Of a DNA stretch of 64,000 nucleotides, positions 47,637 through 55,835 are shown one piece after another. The stretch comes from Spirochaetia bacterium (GTDB taxonomy: Bacteria > Spirochaetota > Spirochaetia > UBA9216): NCBI GenBank assembly GCA_963677925.2, contig CAXXYH010000004.1, positions 1,632,001 through 1,696,000 on the forward strand. Reading direction: 5' to 3'. Positions within the stretch are counted from its first letter, which is position 1. Each line of letters begins with the position of its first letter. The notes under the pieces are model-generated. The model saw only the letters and a list, made by a program, of their open reading frames with translations. It ran no database searches and was not told the DNA's origin. A program made the position numbers and the translations under genes.

Positions 47637-48704
47637 CTATTTACTTCTGAAAGCTATGGAATGCAGATTGTTGATAGTCTGTGCGGTTGATGATCTGCTT
47701 CCGGCGTCTACATCAAGTATGTTGAAGTAACGTTCTGTTCCGGAATTGTTATCTATGCCCCAGAAAAATCCGGTCAGAGGGTTGAATTTTCCATGATGAG
47801 CATAAACATGGGTAGTATCTGTTGTTATCTTTTTGACAAATGTTCCAGCACCGGTGGAAGTGTTGATGCTGTATACATCTACAGCATCGAGTGATTCATC
47901 TTCCTGTTCCGGGTTAATCAGATATAGATTGCCGCTGCTGTCAAAATCCATACCATGTGTCCATGTTGAAACTCCGGATGATTCAAATTCTGTTATTTCG
48001 GCGGTTGACGGGTTTACGGTAACCAGTACATCTGTATTTTCACTCCAGGCGTAAAGTGTTCCTGAGGAGCTGAATGCCGGATTAAGAAAACCGGCTTCTA
48101 CAATTCCGGAAGAGCCTATTTCCGTTACGGCTGCTGTGGATGTATTTATTTCAACTAGTCCGGAAGAGAGTGTTGTATCATTAGTTGATGTAGTTCCATA
48201 CAGTTTTCCGTTATCATTATCATACACCAGACCGTTAAGGTAGTAGCCGGTATCACCAATTTCGGCAAGCTGTTCGCCTGTTTCTGAATCAATTTCATAA
48301 AGGATGCTTGTTCCCAGGCTGCTGTTTCCTTTGCTGGCTCCATATAAAATGGGCAGTACCGTAACGCTCGCCGATGCAGAGAAAGAATCGTCAGTAGTTG
48401 ATACTGTTATTTCAGCGGTTCCTGCACCAACCGCTGTTGCGGTTCCGTCATCGCTGATGGTAACGATGCTTTCATCAGAAGTGGCCCATATGAGGCTTAT
48501 CTCTGAAGCTGCCTCAGGCTCAACTGTTGCTGCGAGCTGAGCTGTAGATGTAAGTTTAACTGTCAGCTCAGTATCATTCAGTGACAGGTTTGTTACTGTT
48601 ATACCGCTGTTTGCTGTAGTGATTCCGTCACAGCTGTAAAATGCGAATACAGTAATGGCAAGTACTATCAGAAAAGCTTTAAGTTTAAATTTTTTTTGTT
48701 TCAT
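47637..48704 (-). CDS. Surface lipoprotein with Big_2 Ig-like domain and probable beta-propeller
   Basis: FYS|C lipobox; QLAATVEP.A....WATSDESIVTI..DG..TAVGAGTAEITV; repeated LYEID..TG / LVEIN..TA / GMDFDSSGNLY units. Confidence 0.8.
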   Translation of the reverse strand: MKQKKFKLKAFLIVLAITVFAFYSCDGITTANSGITVTNLSLNDTELTVKLTSTAQLAATVEPEAASEISLIWATSDESIVTISDDGTATAVGAGTAEITVSTTDDSFSASASVTVLPILYGASKGNSSLGTSILYEIDSETGEQLAEIGDTGYYLNGLVYDNDNGKLYGTTSTNDTTLSSGLVEINTSTAAVTEIGSSGIVEAGFLNPAFSSSGTLYAWSENTDVLVTVNPSTAEITEFESSGVSTWTHGMDFDSSGNLYLINPEQEDESLDAVDVYSINTSTGAGTFVKKITTDTTHVYAHHGKFNPLTGFFWGIDNNSGTERYFNILDVDAGSRSSTAQTINNLHSIAFRSK

Positions 48705-48860
48705 ATAATAATCCTTATAAAATTAAATCCTGACAAATTTACTCAGGTTAAAAGCGATTGTCAATTTTATTAGTTCGGTTTCGCAGAAAATCTATGATTT
48801 TGTGCCGGGATAATAATCGCAGAATATCTCAGGGATGATATTTGCAGAATATCATCCCCC

Positions 48861-48889
48861 TTGACATAAACACTGACTGACGGTACATT
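48861..48889 (+). promoter_or_regulatory. sigma70 promoter whose +1 falls on the leader-peptide AUG
   Basis: TTGACA(48861-66)-17-TACATT(48884-89), then 6 nt, then ATG 48896. Confidence 0.8.
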
Positions 48890-48895
48890 TTCAAT

Positions 48896-48973
48896 ATGTT
48901 GGAATCAATCTTAAACAAGAAATTATCCGCCGCGGCCGCAGCTACTTTGACTGCGGTGTTGAACTGGTTCTGA
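48896..48973 (+). CDS. Putative alanine-rich attenuator leader peptide MLESILNKKLSAAAAATLTAVLNWF (25 aa, not in the ORF track)
   Basis: GCC GCG GCC GCA GCT at 48929-48943; lies between the promoter and a terminator that precedes the aminotransferase. Confidence 0.78.
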   Translation: MLESILNKKLSAAAAATLTAVLNWF

Positions 48974-49032
48974 CATATTTCGCCGCAGTCTTTTAAAAAA
49001 GGCTCGCGGTCCGGTTAATATTGAAGCTGACG

Positions 49033-49065
49033 GCAGAGTCTTTTTACAGACTCTGCTTTTTTTTT
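49033..49065 (+). terminator. Attenuator terminator in the aminotransferase leader
   Basis: GCAGAGTCT(49033-41)/AGACTCTGC(49048-56) + T9, ending 38 nt before the ATG at 49104. Confidence 0.88.
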
Positions 49066-49103
49066 GCAGAGGCGATTACAAAATCCGGTGGAGTGGAGTT
49101 GAA

Positions 49104-50405
49104 ATGAGAAGAGCGATAGTACATGAAGGTGCAAGGCAGCTGACTTATGAGATCAGGCAGATCGTATCGGTTGCCAACGAGATTAAGGAGCTCGGCAGGG
49201 AAATAAGCTGGGAGAACATCGGAGATCCGGTTGAAAAGGGAAACAACATCGAACCCTGGATGAAAGAGATTATTTCAAATCTGACGGCTTCAGACGCCAG
49301 TTACGGTTATACAGACAGTCAGGGGAATCTGCAGACAAGGAAATTTCTGGCCGGTGAATGCAACGCAATCGGCGGAGCACATATCAGCCATGACGATGTA
49401 ATTTTTTTCAACGGTCTTGGAGATGCTGTTGCAAAGATTTTCGGATTTCTGAAACGGGAGGCAAGGGTAATTGGTCCATCTCCCGCCTACTCAACACACT
49501 CATCAGCCGAAGCCGCCCATTCAGGCTATGAGCATCTGACATACAAACTCGACCCTGATAACAACTGGCTGCCCGATATCGAGGATTTGAGGAACAAGGT
49601 AAAATACAATGACTCAATTGCCGGAATCCTGCTTATTAATCCCGATAACCCCACGGGTATTGTATATTCAAGGGAACTTCTAAGTGAAATAGTACAGATA
49701 GCTGCAGATTACAATCTGTTTATTATTGCCGATGAAACCTACAGCAGGGTTGTTTTTCCAGATGTAGATTTCAGCTATATATGCGAGGTTATCGGGAATG
49801 TACCTGCTGTTTCGATGAAAAGCGTAAGCAAGGAATACCCCTGGCCGGGAGCAAGATGCGGCTGGATCGAAGTGTATAACCGCAAAAAAGACCCGGAATT
49901 TGATACATATATCTCAAGTCTTATAAACGCCAAGCGTCTGGAGGTCTGCTCAACAACTCTGCCTCAGCTTTCAATCCCGCTGATTATGGGAGATCCGAGG
50001 TATCCTGAACACATCCGTACCCAGTCTGAAATGCTGGCTTCAAGAGCCGAGGAAGCCTATATCAATATGAAGGATATTACGGGCATTCAGGTTCTTAAAC
50101 CACAGGGGGCTCTCTATTTTACAGTCCTTTTTAAAGATGGTGTTTTGAATGACGGGCAGTTTCTTGAGATTTCTGAACCTGGTATCAAAAACTATGTTGA
50201 AGAGAAGGTTAAAGGCCTTGAACTTGATAAACGTTTTGTTTACTACCTTCTCGGTGCTGCAGGTATATGTGTAGTCCCGCTTACAGGATTCTGCTCGCAA
50301 CTCAAGGGGTTCAGATTCACACTGCTTGAAGCTGATGATCAGAAACGAAGGAACATTTATAAAACACTTGGTGAATCAATACAGGCCTATCTAGGAAGTA
50401 ACTGA
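49104..50405 (+). CDS. PLP-dependent aminotransferase class I/II, AlaA (alanine transaminase)-like
   Basis: LTYEIR..V, ENIGDP, YGYTDSQG, INPDNPTG.VY, ADETY, SVSKEYPWPGARCGW, PQGALY; the N-terminus resembles the AlaA YDIRG..NIGNP pattern. Confidence 0.8.
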   Translation: MRRAIVHEGARQLTYEIRQIVSVANEIKELGREISWENIGDPVEKGNNIEPWMKEIISNLTASDASYGYTDSQGNLQTRKFLAGECNAIGGAHISHDDVIFFNGLGDAVAKIFGFLKREARVIGPSPAYSTHSSAEAAHSGYEHLTYKLDPDNNWLPDIEDLRNKVKYNDSIAGILLINPDNPTGIVYSRELLSEIVQIAADYNLFIIADETYSRVVFPDVDFSYICEVIGNVPAVSMKSVSKEYPWPGARCGWIEVYNRKKDPEFDTYISSLINAKRLEVCSTTLPQLSIPLIMGDPRYPEHIRTQSEMLASRAEEAYINMKDITGIQVLKPQGALYFTVLFKDGVLNDGQFLEISEPGIKNYVEEKVKGLELDKRFVYYLLGAAGICVVPLTGFCSQLKGFRFTLLEADDQKRRNIYKTLGESIQAYLGSN

Positions 50406-50433
50406 GCTGCTTTATTCCGGCAGAAAATCCTGC

Positions 50434-50506
50434 TTGAAAACAGGGCATAAAAACCTTAGTATTAGTGTACGCTAAACACCTGAAATCTGCTGATTACAGG
50501 TGTTTA
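50434..50506 (+). promoter_or_regulatory. pfk promoter with a 5'-proximal inverted repeat
   Basis: TTGAAA(50434-39)-17-TAGTAT(50457-62); TAAACACCTG/CAGGTGTTTA at 50473-50506. Confidence 0.6.
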
Positions 50507-50537
50507 CAATACTTTTTGTAACATCAGGAGAACCCGG

Positions 50538-51857
50538 ATGGCGAAGAAATATAATTTCAGTATTCCGAAGCTTGGCGAAGCCAAGATTAAGTCACCGATA
50601 CAGATGTCAAAGACATATGGCGACAGAATAGTCAATTATATAAGGGATGAGGAATGTATCCTCTACGACGTTGAAGTTGAAAAGGGTGAAGTACTGCCGG
50701 AATGCGACTCAAATTTCTGTCTGGAGAAATCCGGACCTCATGAACTGCTCTATTTCAACCCAGGTCATGTGCATGCCGGTGTTGTCACCTGCGGAGGACT
50801 ATGCCCGGGGCTTAATAATGTTATAAGGGCGATAGTACGGACTCTCTGGTACCAGTACGGCGTAAGACGCATCACCGGAATACGAAACGGTTACAGGGGA
50901 TTTCTTCCTGAGTATAATCTGCCGATAGTTGAGCTTAATCCTGATGTTGTTGACGATATCCATAATATGGGCGGGACCATGCTCGGTTCCTCCCGGGGCG
51001 GCGGTGAGATCGAAGAGGTCGTGGATGCTATTGAAAGGCTGAACATGAATATGCTTTTCACCATCGGCGGTGACGGCACAACCAAGGGTGCCATAGCCAT
51101 AAGCAATGAAATAGAAAAACGCGGTCTCAAGGTTGCCATCATCGGTATTCCAAAGACTATAGATAATGATTTGAGTTTTATTCAGCGTTCTTTCGGGTTT
51201 GAGACTGCGGTATCAAAGGCTGTTGAGTCGGTTGCTGCTGCCCATGTTGAAGCCAAGGACGCCTTTAACGGGATAGGCCTTGTGAAGCTGATGGGGCGTG
51301 AAAGCGGTTTTATCGCTGCCCACACGGCACTTGCAATGAGCGTGGTAAACTTTGTGCTCATCCCGGAAATTCCCTTTGACCTGCATGGTCCCAACGGTTT
51401 TCTGGAGCATCTGAAAAAGAGGATCAATGAGAAGCACCGGGCAGTAATTATTGTTGCCGAGGGTGCCGGCCAGGATATGCTGGAGGATCTGAAGCAGACT
51501 GATGATTCAGGCAATAAGACTCTTGGAAATATCGGCCGTTTTCTGAAAGAGCAGATAGCCGAATACTTTGATGAAGAAGGGCTTGAGGTGAATATCAAGT
51601 ACATCGATCCCAGTTATCTTATCAGAAGCACAGCTGCAGATGCCAATGATTCAATTTACTGTCTCAGGCTGGGTACTCACGCCGTTCATGCGGCTATGGC
51701 CGGAAAGACAAAGGCTCTTATCAGCATGGTCAATGACCGTTTTGTCCTTGTTCCGATGGAGCTTGCCGTTTCAAAGCGCAACTTTGTAGATCCCGAAGGC
51801 AGTTTATGGAGAGATGTTCTTCAGACAACAAGAATGCCGCTGACAATGAAAAACTGA
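50538..51857 (+). CDS. pfkA: ATP-dependent 6-phosphofructokinase (long, spirochaete/plant-like clade)
   Basis: VTCGGLCPGLNNVIR, GGT.LGSSRG, GGDG (ATP-type), PKTIDND, KLMGRESGFIA, KYIDPSY. Confidence 0.93.
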   Translation: MAKKYNFSIPKLGEAKIKSPIQMSKTYGDRIVNYIRDEECILYDVEVEKGEVLPECDSNFCLEKSGPHELLYFNPGHVHAGVVTCGGLCPGLNNVIRAIVRTLWYQYGVRRITGIRNGYRGFLPEYNLPIVELNPDVVDDIHNMGGTMLGSSRGGGEIEEVVDAIERLNMNMLFTIGGDGTTKGAIAISNEIEKRGLKVAIIGIPKTIDNDLSFIQRSFGFETAVSKAVESVAAAHVEAKDAFNGIGLVKLMGRESGFIAAHTALAMSVVNFVLIPEIPFDLHGPNGFLEHLKKRINEKHRAVIIVAEGAGQDMLEDLKQTDDSGNKTLGNIGRFLKEQIAEYFDEEGLEVNIKYIDPSYLIRSTAADANDSIYCLRLGTHAVHAAMAGKTKALISMVNDRFVLVPMELAVSKRNFVDPEGSLWRDVLQTTRMPLTMKN

Positions 51858-51858
51858 T

Positions 51859-52665
51859 TTGATAGCAGTAATAGGCGATATTCACGGTAATCCTTATCCT
51901 CTGAAAAGGATTATGACGGCCCTTGGGCTTGTAGACGAAGATATGAACTGGAAGATGGCCGGAGTGTCGCTGGTTTTTACCGGTGATGTATGCGACCGCG
52001 GGACTGATTCTGCGATTATCTACAGCAGCATAATGAAATGGCAGCAGCAGGCTCCGTCCTTCGGTTCCTCGGTTGATTTCATTATAGGAAATCATGAAGT
52101 GATGAACATCTGCGGCTACTATTTTTATAATACCGAAGCTGAAACAAGATCATATGCAGAATCGGGTGACAGTGACGGCTCCGCGGAAAAATTGAAAGCC
52201 TTTTCCCCGGGCGGCTGGGTATACAGCTGGCTTTTAAAGCAGCATTTTATAGTAAAAAAAGGCCCCTTTATTATCGCGCATGCAGATTTTCCTGCTGAGT
52301 ATGCCGGAATGAATGTTGATGATGTAGAAAAAATCAGCTGGGAGCTGTTTGAAAAGTCGCTTAGATCCGGGGATCAGGGTGAAAACAGGATAATCTGGAG
52401 CCGTGAAGTGCGGAAGGCCGACCTGAACTACGAACTTGTACTGAGCGACTTTCTCAGGGCAAATGAAGCGGAAACCTGGGTTTGCGGTCATACCCCGTCG
52501 GTGGATGGGCAGATAAAAAGCCGCTTTGACGGCAGATATATCTGCGTTGATACAGCTATGAGCCTGAATGAGGCGAATGCGTCAGCGCTGATTTTTGAAA
52601 ATGATAAAATAAAGGCCGCCTATCTCAACTGGGACGGCAGCCTCTTAATCGATTCGGTTTACTGA
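51859..52665 (+). CDS. Calcineurin-like metallophosphoesterase (Shewanella-like PPP phosphatase)
   Basis: GDIHG, GDVCDRG, GNHE, GHTP, VDT. Confidence 0.85.
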   Translation: MIAVIGDIHGNPYPLKRIMTALGLVDEDMNWKMAGVSLVFTGDVCDRGTDSAIIYSSIMKWQQQAPSFGSSVDFIIGNHEVMNICGYYFYNTEAETRSYAESGDSDGSAEKLKAFSPGGWVYSWLLKQHFIVKKGPFIIAHADFPAEYAGMNVDDVEKISWELFEKSLRSGDQGENRIIWSREVRKADLNYELVLSDFLRANEAETWVCGHTPSVDGQIKSRFDGRYICVDTAMSLNEANASALIFENDKIKAAYLNWDGSLLIDSVY

Positions 52666-53730
52666 TCATCTGATACTGACGGTCAGTGATACCGGGTTGT
52701 GATCAGTGTATTCAAAGCCCAGATTAAATCCCCTTATGTCATCCACTCTAAGGTTGGGCGATACCAGAAACCCGTCAATTACAGTTGTAAAGTTTTCTCC
52801 GCCTCTGTATGGTTTTTCAAGTGATCTTGAGGTAGGAATATCTCTGTCGTAACACCACTGCCAGCCGTCGGGCGTCCATCCCTCCGGAATCGATTTGACC
52901 CAGAACAGGTTTTCTGCCGGGGTTGAATAGGGTCCGAAGCTGTCCATATCCATTCCCGGGAATATTGAGTTCCAGTCGCCGCCTGCAACAACATAATGTC
53001 CTTCATTGTACAGACCTGTAAGCAGCTGTTTTACATATTCAAGCTGCTGTTCTCTCATGCTGCCGTCGCCGTAGGCACTAAGATGAAGATTGATAATACA
53101 CCAGTCTTTGCCTTCAACCGCAGAAGGGAATCTTGTAATTACAGCGCATCTTTTAAGATGGAAAAGCTTAACAGGCCAGCTGAAACTGCCGGGCAGACTA
53201 AGCCGCTGTGCCGAATCCGCACTGAAGCGTGATAGTGTTAAAATTCCTGATTTAACCTTCCCCATAGGTGAGGAGGCGGGATAAGGTACAAAGAGTGATT
53301 TGTAGTTTATCCCGTAGTAGGTTTCATATTGACCAAATACTGAAGTAATGGTTTTAACCTGATCGATATTAAATGATCTCCGGGAACCGCTGTCGGCCTC
53401 CTGGATAAAATAAACATCAGGTTCCTGTCTCCGGGCAAATTCAAGTATTCCGTCAAGCGATTTTCTGACGGCTTCCGCTGACTCAGCTCTGCTGTTTTTG
53501 CCGCCCTCCATTACAAAATCATTATCCCTGTCCAGTCCGCAGTAGCCGATATTCCATGAAAGAATGCTGATTCCGCCCGGTTTTGATGTGGTTATAACTG
53601 GGCTGCTGATGGAACTGAGGTTTTCAACTGAATCTGGTTTATATTCTGTAAGTGTGAAAAAAAGAAGAAATGCAACAAAAAGTAATAGAATGACCGCTAT
53701 GGGTATAAGAACTGCCTTGATGATTTTCAT
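52666..53730 (-). CDS. Endonuclease/exonuclease/phosphatase family protein with N-terminal anchor
   Basis: SWNIGY, QEAD, NLHLSAY, GGDWN, IDGFLVS, TDHNPV. Confidence 0.88.
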   Translation of the reverse strand: MKIIKAVLIPIAVILLLFVAFLLFFTLTEYKPDSVENLSSISSPVITTSKPGGISILSWNIGYCGLDRDNDFVMEGGKNSRAESAEAVRKSLDGILEFARRQEPDVYFIQEADSGSRRSFNIDQVKTITSVFGQYETYYGINYKSLFVPYPASSPMGKVKSGILTLSRFSADSAQRLSLPGSFSWPVKLFHLKRCAVITRFPSAVEGKDWCIINLHLSAYGDGSMREQQLEYVKQLLTGLYNEGHYVVAGGDWNSIFPGMDMDSFGPYSTPAENLFWVKSIPEGWTPDGWQWCYDRDIPTSRSLEKPYRGGENFTTVIDGFLVSPNLRVDDIRGFNLGFEYTDHNPVSLTVSIR

Positions 53731-53809
53731 TTTTATCCGTCCGGAAAAATTATAACTTTTTTTTGAATGATTTGTAACCTTTACCAGGCTATGTTGTTCC
53801 TATTTATGA

Positions 53810-54040
53810 AGCGTGGAGTTTTTTTCATTAACCTCCTTTTTTTTAGATATTCCCCTCAGGGTTTTGCTACCTCCTTTCCCCTGAGGGGCTTTTTTTTAAA
53901 TCTCCCCCTGAAAATTAGTTTAAACGCCTCTTTTTTCAACCAACCTCCGGAAACGTCTAAACAGCTCCTCTATTAATCAACCTTTGTGTGAAAAAAATAA
54001 TCTTTGATAAGTTATGAATTGTTCTCTCATTTTGGATGTG
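53810..54040. ncRNA. Candidate small RNA locus with repeated ACCTCC/GGAGGT motifs
   Basis: ACCTCC at 53831, 53869, 53943; two hairpins; about 420-bp intergenic gap. Confidence 0.4.
53852..53897 (+). terminator. Orphan intrinsic terminator with an anti-SD sequence in the loop
   Basis: CCCCTCAGGG/CCCTGAGGGG + T8; the loop contains ACCTCCTTT; no credible + strand CDS ends here. Confidence 0.7.
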
Positions 54041-54151
54041 AATTTATTCTAAACCAGAATTGTAAAAATGCAAGGAAAATCTTCACAAATTTGTAAAATT
54101 ATGTCCCTTTCATTGCGTGACACCGCAATAATTGTACGTTATTATTAATTC

Positions 54152-54514
54152 ATGAGTATCAAGATAGATAAACCTTCGGTGGTTGAATCTGCCGGAAACA
54201 TGCCCAAGCGTATTGAAGAGTTCTTCGGGCTGGTCAACAGCGGGGACAGCAATGTCAGTATTGCAAGGATGAAGAGTCCTGGCGGCTGGGTAGAACCGGG
54301 GCAGCGTCCCGAATTTGATGAGTATACAGTTGTTCTTGCAGGCAGCCTTCTCGTAGAAACAGAAACGGGGAATTTTACAGTAAGCGCAGGTGAAGCTGTG
54401 CATATGGCTGCAGGTGAATGGGTCCGCTACAGCTCACCCGGGGCTGAAGGCGCTGAGTACATTGCCGTCTGCCTTCCTGCTTTCTCTCCGGATACAGTGA
54501 GGCGCGATGACTGA
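54152..54514 (+). CDS. Cupin domain protein (EutQ-like)
   Basis: IEEFFG.VN, GWVEPGQRPEFDEYTVVL.G, GEWVRYS.P, YIAVC.PAFSP. Confidence 0.85.
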   Translation: MSIKIDKPSVVESAGNMPKRIEEFFGLVNSGDSNVSIARMKSPGGWVEPGQRPEFDEYTVVLAGSLLVETETGNFTVSAGEAVHMAAGEWVRYSSPGAEGAEYIAVCLPAFSPDTVRRDD

Positions 54515-55835
54515 CCGCGGAAGACCGGACCGGCCTTCCGCCCTACTGATATATCCGAATGTCTATGAGTTTGCACTATTTGATCTCTATCTCAAACCCT
54601 ATGGACTGATGCGGCTGCATGCAATGCTGTCGGCGGCAGGCTGGAAAGTTGAACTTATAAACTCTCTTGAACACGCACCCGGGAAGACCAAAGAAAACGG
54701 AACGGGGAAGTTTATAAGAACTCTTGTTGAAAAACCTGATTCACTTAAAAATATTCCCCGTAATTTTGCCTGCTACGGTATCGGTCCGGTAGAGCTTGAA
54801 CGCCGGATGTCGGGACAAACACCGGATGCTGTGTTTATCTCAACGGGTATGACATACTGGTACAAAGGGGCGGCAGAGGCAGCCGAAATTTCTAAAAAGC
54901 TGTGGCCTGATGTTCCGATTATTACAGGCGGAGTTTATGCAAGCCTCATGCCAGAACATTGTGCGGCTGTCACAGGCTCTGATTTTATTAATACCGGAAC
55001 AGCCGGAACTGAGCTTGACCTATGGCTGAAGGACAGGAGCCTTCCGGGGATATCTTTCGGAACTGGGATGCTTCCCTCTGACGGGCCTGTCTGGGATCAT
55101 TCTGCAATAATCAATCTTAATTCGGGGTGTCCGCTGCGCTGTGATTACTGCGCTTCTTTTAAACTTACCGACGGCTTTCATCAGGGCCGTCCGGATACTG
55201 CAGTCGAATGGGTAAAAATGGTTCACAGAGCCCACGGTACGGTTAATTTTGCCTTCTATGACGATGCGCTTCTTTTCAGTTCAGATGATGTGTTCAAACC
55301 CTTTCTTGAAGGGATAATTCGTGAATCAGAGAAGAGGGGTGTTCAATACAGGTTTTATTCACCGAATGCCATGCACATCCGCTATCTGGATACTGAAGCT
55401 GCAGCTCTGATGAAGAAGGCCGGATTTCAGGAAATCCGCCTGGGCTTTGAGAGCTCCTCTGATGATTTTCATGAGAACCATGACAGAAAGTTCGGTATTC
55501 AGGATTTTTATGACCGGATACAAATGCTTACCGATGCAGGGTTTGAGAAAAATCAGATAATCGTCTACCTGCTGGCAGGTATGCCGCTGCAGAAAGCGGA
55601 TGAAGTTGAGCAGTCTATAAGCTTTGCTTCAAGAACAGGGGTAAGACTCTCGGTTTCCGAGTTTTCACCGGTTCCCGGGTCTCCATTATGGGAAGAATGT
55701 GTGAGAGAATGCCGGTATCCGATTGAGGAAGAGCCGCTGTTTCACAACAACAGCTTCTTCCCCATGGAATGGGAAGGCTTTACGCGCGCTGATATGCAGC
55801 GGCTTAAAGTTCTTTCGAAGAAGCCTGCATACTGA
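54507..55835 (+). CDS. B12-binding radical SAM protein
   Basis: N-terminal cobalamin-binding-like region (ISTGMTYWY.G...GGVYASL); GCPLRCDYC; FYDDALL, PNAMH, LGFES. Confidence 0.88.
   Translation: MTDRGRPDRPSALLIYPNVYEFALFDLYLKPYGLMRLHAMLSAAGWKVELINSLEHAPGKTKENGTGKFIRTLVEKPDSLKNIPRNFACYGIGPVELERRMSGQTPDAVFISTGMTYWYKGAAEAAEISKKLWPDVPIITGGVYASLMPEHCAAVTGSDFINTGTAGTELDLWLKDRSLPGISFGTGMLPSDGPVWDHSAIINLNSGCPLRCDYCASFKLTDGFHQGRPDTAVEWVKMVHRAHGTVNFAFYDDALLFSSDDVFKPFLEGIIRESEKRGVQYRFYSPNAMHIRYLDTEAAALMKKAGFQEIRLGFESSSDDFHENHDRKFGIQDFYDRIQMLTDAGFEKNQIIVYLLAGMPLQKADEVEQSISFASRTGVRLSVSEFSPVPGSPLWEECVRECRYPIEEEPLFHNNSFFPMEWEGFTRADMQRLKVLSKKPAY

Noticed and set aside
48974-49065. T-box or metabolite riboswitch as the explanation for the aminotransferase leader
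   Set aside because: The leader is short for a classical T-box and lacks the GGTGGNACC(R)CG T-box sequence; the Ala-codon ORF explains the structure better.
53767-53976. 69-aa + strand ORF in the candidate sRNA region
   Set aside because: No SD, Phe-rich because of T-tracts, and it runs through a strong terminator.
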